Notes: a model not told the origin generated them from the sequence alone. A stretch of 64,000 bases of DNA from Dehalococcoidia bacterium (GCA_963662615.2 CAXXSR010000001.1:1408001-1472000); one strand, 5' to 3'; shown: positions 8,727 to 19,164, numbered from the stretch's first letter. Made by a program: numbers and translations.

Positions 8727-9983
8727 TTGAGTATACGCGTCGCTTTGCGGAGGCGGGCGATGGTTCTTGGGCTGCTGTCCTTTGCGGCCCTGGCGGCGGT
8801 TGCGGCCCTATTCGCCCCTGCGAACGCGGACGACGGCGAGAAATCGTACACGATCACGCAGATCCTGGATGCCTCCGGTGATGGGACCCACCCGCTCGAT
8901 TATCCGGCCGACATCGCGGTCGATGGGGACGGGAACGTCTACGTGCCAGGAGGAACGAGCGATAACGTCTTCAAGATCATGCCTTCCGGTGCCATCACGC
9001 AAATCCTCGATGCGAGCGGCGATGGGACCAACGCCCTCGAGGCGCCCGATGGGATCGCGGTCGACAGGCACGGCAACGTGTACGTCACAGGGGGCCTCAG
9101 TCACAACGTATTTCGGATAACGCCAGCGGGGGAAGTGACCGAGATCCTCGACCGCCGCGGCGATGGGACCCACGCACTGGCACTTCCCTCAAGCGTCGTC
9201 ATCGGTCATGACGGCGATGTATACGTAACAGGGCTCGGACACATCAACGTCTTTCGGATTGCGCCCGACGGCGCGATTACTCAGATCCTCGACCGCCACG
9301 GCGACGGCACGCACGAGCTCAGGGATCCCTACGGCATCGCCATCGACGACGACGGTCACGTCTATGTGACCGGGACCAATGCGGGGAAAGTCTTCCGGGT
9401 GGCGCCGGACGGTACGGTCGTGCGGTACCTTGGTGGCATTGGCGACGGCACTCACGTACTCGACGCGCCCCAACAGCTCGCAATCGACGCGAGCGGAAAC
9501 CTGTACGTCACTGACGACACGTCGAACGCCGTGTTCCGCCGCACACCCGGCGGCGCGGTTACCCGAATCCTCGACGCAGGTGGCGACGGCGCCAATCGCC
9601 TTGCGGGACCTTTCGGCGTTGCCGTCGATGTCGCCGAAAATGTCTACGTGACGGGTCACAGAAGCGACAACGTTTTTCGGATCTCGCCGGGCGGCACCGT
9701 CACGCAGATCCTGGGTGCCAGCGGCGACGGGATCCACGCGCTCGAGAACCCATGGAGAATCGCGGTCGATGAGGACGGGCACATCTACGTGACTAGCGTC
9801 ACGAGTGACAACGTCTTTCGGCTCACGCCGACACCCGCCGCCGTGCCCGGCACCGGCAGCGGCAGATTAGCCGATCCCGGCGGATCTTCCGTACCCGCAC
9901 GGGTTTGGGCCCTCATGGCCACGCTCAGCGTTCTCGTGGTCGGCATCGGCATTCGCCTGGCGCGCATCCGCTTGACATCCTGA
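8727..9983 (+). CDS. Secreted 7-repeat NHL/SBBP beta-propeller with C-terminal PxTG sorting signal
   Basis: Signal peptide; seven ~47-aa TQILD..GDG..P..IAVD..GNVYVTG repeats; VPGTG + TM helix + basic tail. Confidence 0.85.
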   Translation: MSIRVALRRRAMVLGLLSFAALAAVAALFAPANADDGEKSYTITQILDASGDGTHPLDYPADIAVDGDGNVYVPGGTSDNVFKIMPSGAITQILDASGDGTNALEAPDGIAVDRHGNVYVTGGLSHNVFRITPAGEVTEILDRRGDGTHALALPSSVVIGHDGDVYVTGLGHINVFRIAPDGAITQILDRHGDGTHELRDPYGIAIDDDGHVYVTGTNAGKVFRVAPDGTVVRYLGGIGDGTHVLDAPQQLAIDASGNLYVTDDTSNAVFRRTPGGAVTRILDAGGDGANRLAGPFGVAVDVAENVYVTGHRSDNVFRISPGGTVTQILGASGDGIHALENPWRIAVDEDGHIYVTSVTSDNVFRLTPTPAAVPGTGSGRLADPGGSSVPARVWALMATLSVLVVGIGIRLARIRLTS

Positions 9984-10078
9984 TACGAGCCCCGCGCACG
10001 GGAAGCGTCCCGCTCCGCGCGAGACCGCCCCGGTGCTGAACGAGTCCGCCAACCCCAGCCCCCGCAGCCGCCCGACGA

Positions 10079-11788
10079 TTACCTCCGGTACTCCTGCCGG
10101 CGCTGCGCTTGCGCCATCCGGATCTCGGCGTACGGCACTCCGTAGCGGGAGAGCGTGTGGCGGGCGATCTCCAACCCCACCTCCAGATTCGGGTGCACCA
10201 CCTCGGCGGCGCCGGCCGCCAGCAGGCGCCCGTGGCTCATCGCGCCCGCACCGCGCACGACGATTTGCACGCGGGGAAACTCTGCCCTGACCCGGCGGAC
10301 CACGGCCTCCGTCACCACCGGGTCGGGGATGGTCAGCGCCAGAACGCGGGCGTCCCCCAGGCTCGCGCCGTCCAGGGTGGCGGGGTTGGCCAAATCGCCC
10401 CAGATGTAGGGCGTCTCGGTCCCTCCAAGCTCCTCTGGCAGATTCGGGTCGGAGTCCACGATCAGGAAACGGAAGTCGCGGCGTCTCAGCGCCCGAGCCA
10501 GCTCCCGGCCCGTCTCGCCGTAGCCCGCAATGACCGTGTGCTGCCGCAGCGCCGGGCCGGGCAGCTCCGCCTCCGGCTCGAACGTCCAACGGGCGGCGAC
10601 CCTGGGCACTCTCAGGAGAACGCGCTCAATCCGATCGCCGAAACGGATGATGGCCGCCGAAACGCCCATGCTGACCGCGCCCAACGCGATGATGATCGAC
10701 CCGGCCTCCTCAGCCGGGCCCTCCGCCGCGGCTTCCGCGAACAGGAAGGAGAACTCGCCAACCTGCCCCAGGAGAAGTCCCATGCGCAGGGCACGGGAGT
10801 AGTCGAAGTGGGCCCAGCGGGCGAGGGCGAAGATGAGCAGAATCTTCCCCAGCGCTCCCCACGCCAGGATGCTCAGGAAGAGGCCCCATTCGTCCCCGAC
10901 GACCCCCACATCCAGCAGCACGCCGATGCTCACGAAGAACGTGGCGGCGAAGAGATCGCGCAGCGGCACCAGTTCGTGCAACGCACGCGACGCGTACACG
11001 GATTGCGCCGTGACGAGTCCGGCCAGAAACGCGCCGAATGCCAAAGACAGACCGACGGCAAAACTGCCTAAGGCCACTCCGCTCGCGAGCGCGAAGACGC
11101 TCATCAGGAACAGCTCACGAGAACGCACCGCCAGCGCCCGCCGCAGCACCCAAGGCACAATCACCGGCCCCAGCACCAGCACGGCCACGACGAGACCAAC
11201 GCCCTTGGCCGCTGCGATCAGGATCTCTTCCATGAGTTCGGTCCCAGTACCTTCGCCCAATTGTGGAAGCACCACGAGCAGCGGCACCGCCACCAGGTCC
11301 TGGACGAGTGCGACGCCGAGCACCCACCGTCCGTCTGCACGGCGGCGGCTGCCCTCCTCCGAGAGGAGACGGACCAGGAGCGCGGTACTGGAGAAGGCGG
11401 TGGCTCCGGCGACCAGTGTGGCCCCAGCGTCGGACAGTCCAAAGCTACTCGCCACGGCGTACCCCACCAAGCCGAGGACGGCGATCTGGATCGTGGCTGC
11501 GACGAAGAGGCGGTAGCCCAGGCGCCGGAACTGCTCCAGCGGAAACTCCAGGCCAATGGAGAAGAGGAGCAGCGCGACCCCGAGTTCGCCCACGAACGCG
11601 ACGTCGTCAATGTCCGTCACCAGGTTGCTCACCGAGGGCCCGACGATCAGTCCCCCAACGATGTAGCCCACCACCAGGGGCATTCGGATCAGGTGAGCGA
11701 CGTAGCCTCCCACGACCGCAGCGATGACCAGCGCCACCAGGTCGCCGGCGATTTCGGTACTCGAAGCAGCCGCGAAAATGGGATCCAT
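10079..11788 (-). CDS. CPA2 cation:proton antiporter with TrkA-N (KefB-like)
   Basis: GVALLLFSIGLEF, FSST, QDL, GQVGEFSF, IAGYGETG. Confidence 0.92.
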   Translation of the reverse strand: MDPIFAAASSTEIAGDLVALVIAAVVGGYVAHLIRMPLVVGYIVGGLIVGPSVSNLVTDIDDVAFVGELGVALLLFSIGLEFPLEQFRRLGYRLFVAATIQIAVLGLVGYAVASSFGLSDAGATLVAGATAFSSTALLVRLLSEEGSRRRADGRWVLGVALVQDLVAVPLLVVLPQLGEGTGTELMEEILIAAAKGVGLVVAVLVLGPVIVPWVLRRALAVRSRELFLMSVFALASGVALGSFAVGLSLAFGAFLAGLVTAQSVYASRALHELVPLRDLFAATFFVSIGVLLDVGVVGDEWGLFLSILAWGALGKILLIFALARWAHFDYSRALRMGLLLGQVGEFSFLFAEAAAEGPAEEAGSIIIALGAVSMGVSAAIIRFGDRIERVLLRVPRVAARWTFEPEAELPGPALRQHTVIAGYGETGRELARALRRRDFRFLIVDSDPNLPEELGGTETPYIWGDLANPATLDGASLGDARVLALTIPDPVVTEAVVRRVRAEFPRVQIVVRGAGAMSHGRLLAAGAAEVVHPNLEVGLEIARHTLSRYGVPYAEIRMAQAQRRQEYRR

Positions 11789-12114
11789 GAACCGTCAAAC
11801 CCTGCCCCACGAGCGCGCCCACAGACCGCGAACGTGACAACGGCGGCCGCGCATCGGCATGGCATCGCAAGGGACCGCCGGGCAGCGCCGCTTCACCGGA
11901 CACATGCCGCCGCCAAGACGCTCGTGCCATCGAGCGGCTCGGGCCCGCACGAGCGACCAGTGCGCCACCGTGGCCCAGGATAATCGCCGCACCAAGGCGA
12001 GGCCAGGGCAAGAAGATCGGGCCGTCATTGCGCCGCCCCCTACGCCTTGATCCGGGAACGCCCCGCTTCACTCCCCTCAGCGTTTCGCGCGGCCTACCAC
12101 CGCAGCCCCGCAAG

Positions 12115-12159
12115 CAGCTCCTCCGCCTGATCTTCACCTGCTGCCACCCAGCGCTCGCC
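12115..12159 (+). pseudogene. Fragment of ECF42-type sigma factor
   Basis: Encodes QLLRLIFTCCHPALA, the ECF42 hallmark, with no surrounding gene. Confidence 0.55.
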
Positions 12160-12251
12160 CTTCGACCCTTCGGCGCGCTCCTTCCCGGGGAGGGAAGGAC
12201 AGGTCGGACAAGGCAGGCTCGGGGCGAACGGCCGGCGATCGCGCTGCCGGA

Positions 12252-12503
12252 TCATCCAGCTGTGGACGGCGGTGATTGCTCGCTTGAGCGCGCCGCTTTC
12301 AAGGCGCCAACTCTTGCGGCCACATGCGCCCGGTTGGCGCAATCCCACTTGATCATGACGTTGCTCAGGTGACGTTTGACCGTCGTTGCGGACACCGCGA
12401 GCGCCTCCGCGATCTCCGCATTACTGCGGCCCTGCGCTACCAGTTCAGCGACGGTAACCTCGCGAACGCTCAGCTTGCTCCGGTCCCTGGCAGGTTTCTT
12501 CAC
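12252..12503 (-). CDS. Stand-alone LuxR-family HTH protein
   Basis: GGAGG RBS, GTG start; LSVREVTVAELVAQGRSNAEIAEALAVSATTVKRHLSNV. Confidence 0.8.
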   Translation of the reverse strand: MKKPARDRSKLSVREVTVAELVAQGRSNAEIAEALAVSATTVKRHLSNVMIKWDCANRAHVAARVGALKAARSSEQSPPSTAG

Positions 12504-12729
12504 CGAATTCCTCCACCCAATGACGTTGTGTGCTTGCGCGGTCGTCCAACGCCTCTTCGTCTGGCCCCTCGCCGACGATCTCCAGCAGCTCACCCTCTTC
12601 CGCGAGAAGGTGACCTCGCTCGTCCCGACCACTGCCTAGGATGCGTGCCTAGAATGCGCGGGCCCTTGACACGGTGCCCGTCCGCGGCGGCCGGGCGCTC
12701 ATGCAGCTCAACGAAGGCGAATCACTGAA

Positions 12730-12827
12730 CCGCTCCAGCCCCGTCGACTGCGAACGCACCCGCCAGGCCGCCAAGAATGCGGCCTGATCGCTACACGCGA
12801 ACTGTCCGGGAAACCGGGGCAGGCTCA
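12730..12827 (+). mobile_element. Solo right end of an IS3-family element
   Basis: GAACTGTCCGGGAAACCGGGGCAGGCTCA terminus; near-identical end at 61207-61236. Confidence 0.6.
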
Positions 12828-12892
12828 CCCGGGTCTACGGGTGATCCTGTCCCGAGGCGCTCTTCAATCCCCATTCACCTGCGGGCGCCGTC

Positions 12893-13999
12893 CTACTGCA
12901 GCGATGCAACGGCGAAGGTGACAGAGAACGCTTTGCAGTAGATCACGGCGGCGCGGAACCGCGACGCGTCAACGCCCGCCGGAACCTCGTAATTGACAAA
13001 GCCCTGCGTGGCTCTGATCTCCCCGAGGTCGACCGCGCCCTCCGCGTGCACATCGCCGTCTGGATCCGGCGTCAAGTAGACGAAGAGGTCCGGCCCGTTG
13101 CGAACCGCGTAGTCTTGGAAGCGCAGGATCAGGTTGCCGTCAGGGTCGCTCACGAGCAGCACCTCGCCGCTCCCGGTGTGGAACGCATCCGTGCCCATCA
13201 GCTCGCCGCGAGCGATGAGCGTACCGCTGCGAGCGGCCGGCGTATCGGGCGCGGCTGGCTCAACAGTGGTGGCCGCGGCCATCTCGACCGGGGCCGACGA
13301 GACAGCTGCCTCCATCTCGGCCGGCGCAGCCTCGGCTGGCGCGGTGACCTCATCTCTGGGTACAGCTGGCTCAGCCGGCGAGACAGCTGCAGTCACCGAT
13401 TCGGTCTCGCCCATCGCTGCGGCTGGCTCGATCACGTCTGGCTGCACTACACCGGCCACCTCGAAGTCCAGCATCTCGTTGAGCGTCGTGCCCTCATCGA
13501 ACAGCGGGCCCACGAGCCAGATCGATACCAACACCAGGCCGGCCACGGATGCCGCACTGATCACCCCACCGCCCACCCACACGACCGGGAGTCGAATCAC
13601 CTTCTGAACACGCTCCCGCGGGAGGTGTCCCAAGAAGTCGGCGGCAAGAGCGAGTCCCACCAGAACGACTGCTGGCATCAGCAACACGTGGATGAGAAAG
13701 AGGCCACCCGCCAGTGCGGGCGCGGCGACAGCGAAGCGCGCAGGCTGTACGCGTGGCCACAGGGCGCCGACGGCGATGCCGGTGGCGGCCAGAGCACCGA
13801 GCCCTAGCACGACTCGGAGCGTTTCGCCCTCCAGGCCCGTGAAACGAACGGGCCCTTCTCGTAAGAAGTCGGCGGCGACCTGCGAGCTGAGCACGTACGC
13901 GCTTGCGGCCAGGCCGGCGAGAGCGGCTAGCACGAGCAACAGGTGTCGCAGGGCGTCCGCCCGTTGAGGGGTGACGACTAGGTTCGAGTTCATTTCCAT
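12893..13999 (-). CDS. Membrane protein with C-terminal DM13 domain
   Basis: N-terminal TM helices, Ala/Pro linker, HTGSG..NGPDLFVYL..VDLG..NY..VIYCKAFSVTF. Confidence 0.85.
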   Translation of the reverse strand: MEMNSNLVVTPQRADALRHLLLVLAALAGLAASAYVLSSQVAADFLREGPVRFTGLEGETLRVVLGLGALAATGIAVGALWPRVQPARFAVAAPALAGGLFLIHVLLMPAVVLVGLALAADFLGHLPRERVQKVIRLPVVWVGGGVISAASVAGLVLVSIWLVGPLFDEGTTLNEMLDFEVAGVVQPDVIEPAAAMGETESVTAAVSPAEPAVPRDEVTAPAEAAPAEMEAAVSSAPVEMAAATTVEPAAPDTPAARSGTLIARGELMGTDAFHTGSGEVLLVSDPDGNLILRFQDYAVRNGPDLFVYLTPDPDGDVHAEGAVDLGEIRATQGFVNYEVPAGVDASRFRAAVIYCKAFSVTFAVASLQ

Positions 14000-14307
14000 C
14001 ACTTCCTTCCTTCATGCTTCCCCATTGCGACAAGGCTCAACGCGCCTTGCTGCGTCGGCGCTGTTTGTGGCGCATCCGTGCGCTGGCCACGGACGGCGAA
14101 GAGGAGCGAGAACTTGGGGAGGCCAATCCCCAGACGGTGCGTTATCGCGGGCCGAGCGGCAGCGCTCATCACGGTGATGGACATCGCTGAAGCCTCCCTC
14201 CTCTTGTCTTTACGCCTTGTAAACTACGCGCGACTTTACATTGACCTGCCCCCCCAAAACCGGTCCAGATCCTATGCGAGGATCCGGGCTGGGAGGAGGG
14301 AGTCGGC

Positions 14308-14586
14308 ATGGCGCGGAAGCGGTACACGGCAGAGCAGATCATCGGGAAACTGCGGGAGGCGGAGGTGGCCCTGGCGCAGGGCGAGAGTGTGGCCAAAGTG
14401 GCACGACGGCTCGGCGTCGCCGAGCAGACCTACTACCGCTGGCGGCGGGAGTACGGCGGCCTGCGGCTGGATCAGGCGAAGCGGTTCAAGGAGCTGGAGC
14501 AGGAGAACGCGCGGCTGAAGCGGCTGGTGGCCGATCAGGCGCTGGACCACGCCATCCTCAAAGAGGTGGCGTCGGGAAACTTCTGA
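14308..14586 (+). CDS. IS3 transposase OrfA
   Basis: YTAEQIIGKLREAE..TYYRWRREYGG..LEQENARLKRLVAD. Confidence 0.93.
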   Translation: MARKRYTAEQIIGKLREAEVALAQGESVAKVARRLGVAEQTYYRWRREYGGLRLDQAKRFKELEQENARLKRLVADQALDHAILKEVASGNF

Positions 14587-15461
14587 GCCCGGCGCGCCGG
14601 CGGCAGGCGGTTGCGCACGTGCGAACCGCGCTGGCCGTCTCGGAGCGTCGGGCCTGCCGGGCCCTCGCCCAGCCGCGCAGCACGCAGCGGCACCCCGTGC
14701 AGGTGCCCGCGGACGAGCCGGCTCTGATCGCCCGGATCATCGCCCTTGCCCGCCGCTTCGGGCGCTACGGCTCCCGGCGCATCACGGCGCTGCTGCGGGC
14801 CGAGGGCTGGCGGGTGAACCACAAGCGGGTGGAGCGGCTCTGGCGGCAGGAAGGGCTGCGGGTGCCCCGGAAAGCCCCGCGCCGGCGGCGGCTTTGGGCG
14901 GCCGATGGATCCTGCACGCGGCGCCGGGCGGAGCGCCCGAACCACGTCTGGTCCTACGACTTCGTCAGCGAGCGGACCCACGACGGCCGGCCCCTGCGCC
15001 TGCTGACCATCGTCGACGAGTACACGCGGGAGTGCCTCAGCATTGACGTGGCCCGGCGCCTGCGGTCCGACGACGTCCTCGCCCGGCTGACGGCGCTCTT
15101 CGTGCAGCGGGGCCCGCCCACCTACGTCCGCTCCGACAACGGCCCCGAGTTCACGGCGACGGCGGTGCGTTCCTGGCTGCGTCGCCTCGGCGTGACGACA
15201 CTCTTCATCGAGCCCGGCAGCCCCTGGGAGAACGGCTATGTGGAATCCTTCAACGGCAAGCTGCGCGACGAGTGCCTCAACCCCGAGATCTTCACCACGC
15301 TCACGGAAGCGCAGATCCTGGTCGATCGCTGGCGCCGGGAGTACAACCAAGTCCGGCCTCACAGCGCCCTCGGCTACCGCCCCCCCGCCCCAGAGACCCT
15401 GGAGGTCGGACCTCCCCACCCCACCCCTTTGGCAGACCGGATGGTTCTGGCACTAACTTAA
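14583..15461 (+). CDS. IS3 transposase OrfB (DDE; probable -1 frameshift fusion with OrfA)
   Basis: WSYDF, RSDNGPEF, PWENGYVESFNG, YNQVRPHSALGY; 5' boundary approximate. Confidence 0.92.
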   Translation: MSPARRRQAVAHVRTALAVSERRACRALAQPRSTQRHPVQVPADEPALIARIIALARRFGRYGSRRITALLRAEGWRVNHKRVERLWRQEGLRVPRKAPRRRRLWAADGSCTRRRAERPNHVWSYDFVSERTHDGRPLRLLTIVDEYTRECLSIDVARRLRSDDVLARLTALFVQRGPPTYVRSDNGPEFTATAVRSWLRRLGVTTLFIEPGSPWENGYVESFNGKLRDECLNPEIFTTLTEAQILVDRWRREYNQVRPHSALGYRPPAPETLEVGPPHPTPLADRMVLALT

Positions 15462-15490
15462 GCCCTGGTACAACAATCGGGGGCAGGTCA

Positions 15491-16500
15491 GTGGTGGCGT
15501 ACGCGACGATTCCCCCCGCGAGCCCGAACAGGGCCCCTTTGACTAGCACTTCGCGGGCCCACACCCGTCGCGCCGATGCAGGCGTCCCGTCGCTTGCCCG
15601 CAGGAGGTACAGGCCCAGAAGCTGCATCCCCGGAGTCCGCGAGCGGCGGGCGGCGAAGCCGACCCAGGTCAGCCAGACGATCGCCGCACCCCCCAATGCC
15701 AACAGACTACCGGCGAAGATCTCGGCGGCGCCGTCCCGCGAGATGGTGAAGGCGAGACCCAGCAGCGAGAGCATGAAGACCGGCGTCCACCAGAGGAAGA
15801 ACGCATCCAGGACCCCGCCGGCGAGCCGCCGCTTGCGGCTGGGCAGTTCCGCAGCGCAGTCGGAGCCGCCGGCCACCAGGCCGCAGGCGTGGCAGAACCG
15901 CCCTTGATCTCGCAGTGCGCGACATCTGGGGCAGCGCAAGTGCTTGTCGACTGCTTCAGCTCGCCCCGCGCCCCTCTTCGCGACGAACTCCGCTCCGACC
16001 TCCACGCGGCTCTCGCCCGCGGGCGCCGCCCCCCCTAGCGCGACACGGCCGGGCCGAAGCAGTCTCGTTTGCGCGTCGTGCGTCTCGCCGAGAGGAGGAG
16101 TCGATGCGCGACGAGCCACACGATCGGGCCCCGCTGCCACGATCCGGTTAACCGCCCCCAGCAGCTCCACGGGATGGACCGGGCGCAGCAGGAGTTCGCT
16201 CACGCCGATCGCCCTGATCTCGCTCACGATCTTCGGGTCCACCATGTTGGAGTAGACGATGACGCGGCTGCTCGGCAGAAGCTCCGACACCGCACGGACG
16301 GTCTCCAGGGCCGGCGCGGTCGGCTCCTCGACGGCGGCGACGATCAACTCGGGTCGGGTATTCACGGCCAGCGCGCGTGCCTCCCTATCGGAGCCACAGC
16401 TGCCGACCACGGCGACTGGCGCCGGCTCCAGCAGCGCCTCGACCTCCTCGCGCGATTCGACATTCTCGTCGATCAGCATCACCCGCCACATACGTCCCAT
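15491..16500 (-). pseudogene. Pseudo-receiver + zinc ribbon + RDD fusion, 3'-truncated by IS3
   Basis: REC-like N-terminus lacking the phospho-Asp, CPRC..FCHACG, RRLAGGVLD..TPGMQLLGL; frame runs into the IS IRR. Confidence 0.7.
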
Positions 16501-16590
16501 TCTCTGCCTCCCGTCCCTTCAGTGCGGCGGCGCGCCCGCGTTCCGCCGCGCCGCGACCAATGCTGCGGTCGCTCTACTCCACGATCTGAA

Positions 16591-16755
16591 TCACGCCGGC
16601 GACCGCGAACTCGTTCCAATTGACGAGCGCAGCGCCGGACCAGCCAGACTCCAGCACGGCCTGGCCAGGAAGGCGACGATGGCGGGCATTAGGAGCGCAA
16701 CAAGGAGGAGCGTGACGCCGCTCTCACTCCCGTGGAGAATCCGCAGACCGCGCAC
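16591..16755 (-). pseudogene. Truncated Tad/TadG-like pseudopilin N-terminus
   Basis: MRGLRILHGSESGVTLLLVALLMPAIVAFLA, then similarity is lost. Confidence 0.45.
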
Positions 16756-17069
16756 GAACGCCTCTCGCCCTTCCGCCGCCTTAGCGGGAGCGTCCCTGCT
16801 GTCACTGTGTGTGACCGACTGCGTTCCTGCCTCCCAGAGGCTGCCTTGCGCCCGGGAGGTCACGCTGTCGTCGAGCGAGCCGTCCGAGCCTGCTTCCAGC
16901 CTCGAACTGGCCCTCAATAGGAGAAACGACTGGCACGCCATCCTTGTGACGCGCGCCGCCGGAATCCAGGGGGAGAGCGCCTTAGGAACCCGAGAAGGAG
17001 CAGCGCTCCGGCCCTCCCTGGACGGGGGCCATGCTCCGGCATGCTGGAGCAGCTCCTTGGCCCGCTCGA

Positions 17070-17161
17070 CCCCCGCGCGTTCGCTACCATCCCCCTGAAG
17101 CGACGCTGACCGCAGAGCCGATTCGGTGGCATCAATGGCCGGCCCCTTCCCATACATCTCG
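17070..17161 (+). repeat. Diverged copy of the OsmC promoter, RBS and first codons
   Basis: CCCCGCGCGTTCGCTACCATCCCCCTGAAGCGACGC..ATGGC matches 20632-20722; MAGPFPYIS vs MADPFQYIS. Confidence 0.85.
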
Positions 17162-17288
17162 GCTGAGCGAGGTCTCGCGATCGAGGCCCCCCCCCGTGAG
17201 GGAGCCGGACCACGGCCCGGCTCCCTCTCAACTCCTCCTCATGCCCCTGCGGCCCGCGGCGAAGCGCCGCCGCCTCCCGTCGCAGCGG

Positions 17289-18098
17289 TTAGGACAAGCT
17301 CTTGCGCCCGAAGACCTTCACGGCCCCAGTCAGCGTCACGACCGCGAACACCGCCAGCACCAGCAGACTCAATCCCGCCATCAGCGGCTCCGAGTCCAGC
17401 CCCCAGATGTCCGCCAGCCCCGCGTCCGATCCCTCCACCAGGCCGTACCGGATCACCGCCAACGCGTGCGTCCACGGCAACACCATTGCGACTTGCTGCA
17501 GCGGCGCCGGCAACACCTCGATTGAGAACAACGAGCCGGCGAAGAACCACGGCACGATCGCCACCGCCGGGATCATCGCGATGTACTCGTCCGCTTTCCC
17601 GATCGCCAGCGCCAGCATCTCCGCCAGCCCGTACGTCACCAGCGACAGCAGCGCGACCCCGCCAAGTAGCCACAGCACCCCCGTCCCCGACGTATCGAAC
17701 TCCGCGCCCCGTGCCGCCGCCGCCAGGAACAGCACAGCCGCTTGCAACAGCGCCAAGGTGAGAATGCTCAATGCGTTGGCCAGCGGAATCGTCGTGCGCG
17801 GGATCGGCGCCGCCAGCAGCTCCTTCGTAATCCCGAACTTCGCATCGGTAATGACGCTGAGCCCGTTGAACATCGACGTCAGCGGGACCAGCAACACCGC
17901 TGCTGCCACCGCCACGTACGTCATGTAGTCAATGTCCGGACTGAATCCGCCCAGCGCCTCGGCCAGGGCGGGCGCCACCACCAGCGCAAAGATGAGGGGC
18001 GCGGTCAGCGGCACAATGACCCCACGCCGCGTCTTGAACGCCAGCGCCAGCCGCCGCTGGTAGAGCGTTGACATGCCCATCGTTGTTGCCTGAATCAT
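17289..18098 (-). CDS. ABC-2 transporter permease
   Basis: Multiple TM helices, KELLAAPIPR, FAGSLF..LP; AGGAGG RBS. Confidence 0.88.
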   Translation of the reverse strand: MIQATTMGMSTLYQRRLALAFKTRRGVIVPLTAPLIFALVVAPALAEALGGFSPDIDYMTYVAVAAAVLLVPLTSMFNGLSVITDAKFGITKELLAAPIPRTTIPLANALSILTLALLQAAVLFLAAAARGAEFDTSGTGVLWLLGGVALLSLVTYGLAEMLALAIGKADEYIAMIPAVAIVPWFFAGSLFSIEVLPAPLQQVAMVLPWTHALAVIRYGLVEGSDAGLADIWGLDSEPLMAGLSLLVLAVFAVVTLTGAVKVFGRKSLS

Positions 18099-18108
18099 CA
18101 GGGACCTC

Positions 18109-19164
18109 CTATGCTGCCTTCCCGTTCTCAATGCGACGGCCCGTCACCCGCAGGAAGACGTCGTCCAGGGTGGTACGACGCACGGAGATCCCCTCCACCG
18201 CGATCCCGGCGTCCCGAACCGCCTCCATGACCTGGGCCCCGTTCCCGCCGCCCCTCTTCAGCGGCACCGTCACCGTGTTGCCAATGACGAACGGCTCGCC
18301 GACCGCCAACGGCAGCGCCGCCACCGCACCGACCGCCTCCTCCGCGTCGGCCCGCACGCGCAACTCCAGCACCTCCTCGCCCAACGACGCGATCAGCCGC
18401 TCCGGCGCGTCCAGCGCCACGATCCGCCCCTCATGAACGATGGCGACGCGGTCACAGAGCCGTTCGGCCTCGTCCAGGTAGTGCGTGGTCAGCACGATGC
18501 TCACCGCGTATCGCCGCCGTGTCTCCTGGATCAGATCCCAGAGTCCGTGCCGCGACGCCGGATCCAACCCCACCGTCGGCTCGTCCAGGAACAGCACGTC
18601 GGGCTCGCTGAGCAGCGCCCGCGCGATCTCCAGCCGCCGGCGTTGCCCCCCGCTGTAGGTCCGCACCCCGCGGTCGAGGATGCCCTCCAGGCCGATCGCG
18701 TCCGCAACTTCCGCGATCCGTCGTTCCCCCTCGGCCCGGGTCATTCCCCACAGCCGAGCATGCAGGCGCAGATTCGCGCGCCCCGAAAACTCGTTGTCTA
18801 AGACGCTCTCCTGGTACACGACCCCCATCCTGCGACGGGCGCGCAGCGAATTCGCCCGCACGTCCTCCCCGCCCAGGCAGGCTTCCCCACCCGACGGTCG
18901 CACCGTCGTCGTCAGGATGCCGATGGTCGTGCTCTTGCCGGCGCCGTTCGGCCCCAGCAGCCCGAACAGCTCCCCCTCATGCACGTCGAAGCTGATCCCC
19001 TTCAGCGCCTCAACGCCGCCGGCGTACGTCTTGCGCAGCTCCCGCACTGACACGACCGGCTCGCCAGCCGCGACCGGCGTCCCCTCCCGGCCCTCCGGCT
19101 GCTCGGCCGCCCGTTCGCCGCGGTTCGCGGCTGTGCGCGGACTCTTGAATCGCACCGCTGTCAT
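18109..19164 (-). CDS. ABC transporter ATP-binding protein (DrrA-like)
   Basis: GPNGAGKST, YSGGQRRR, LFLDEPT, TTH. Confidence 0.93.
   Translation of the reverse strand: MTAVRFKSPRTAANRGERAAEQPEGREGTPVAAGEPVVSVRELRKTYAGGVEALKGISFDVHEGELFGLLGPNGAGKSTTIGILTTTVRPSGGEACLGGEDVRANSLRARRRMGVVYQESVLDNEFSGRANLRLHARLWGMTRAEGERRIAEVADAIGLEGILDRGVRTYSGGQRRRLEIARALLSEPDVLFLDEPTVGLDPASRHGLWDLIQETRRRYAVSIVLTTHYLDEAERLCDRVAIVHEGRIVALDAPERLIASLGEEVLELRVRADAEEAVGAVAALPLAVGEPFVIGNTVTVPLKRGGGNGAQVMEAVRDAGIAVEGISVRRTTLDDVFLRVTGRRIENGKAA

Larger units (their letters stand above)
14242..15490 (+). mobile_element. IS3-family (IS407-like) insertion sequence
   Basis: IRL TGACCTGCCCCC, IRR GGGGGCAGGTCA; orfA/orfB overlap at GGGAAAC; no flanking TSD. 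Confidence 0.95.
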
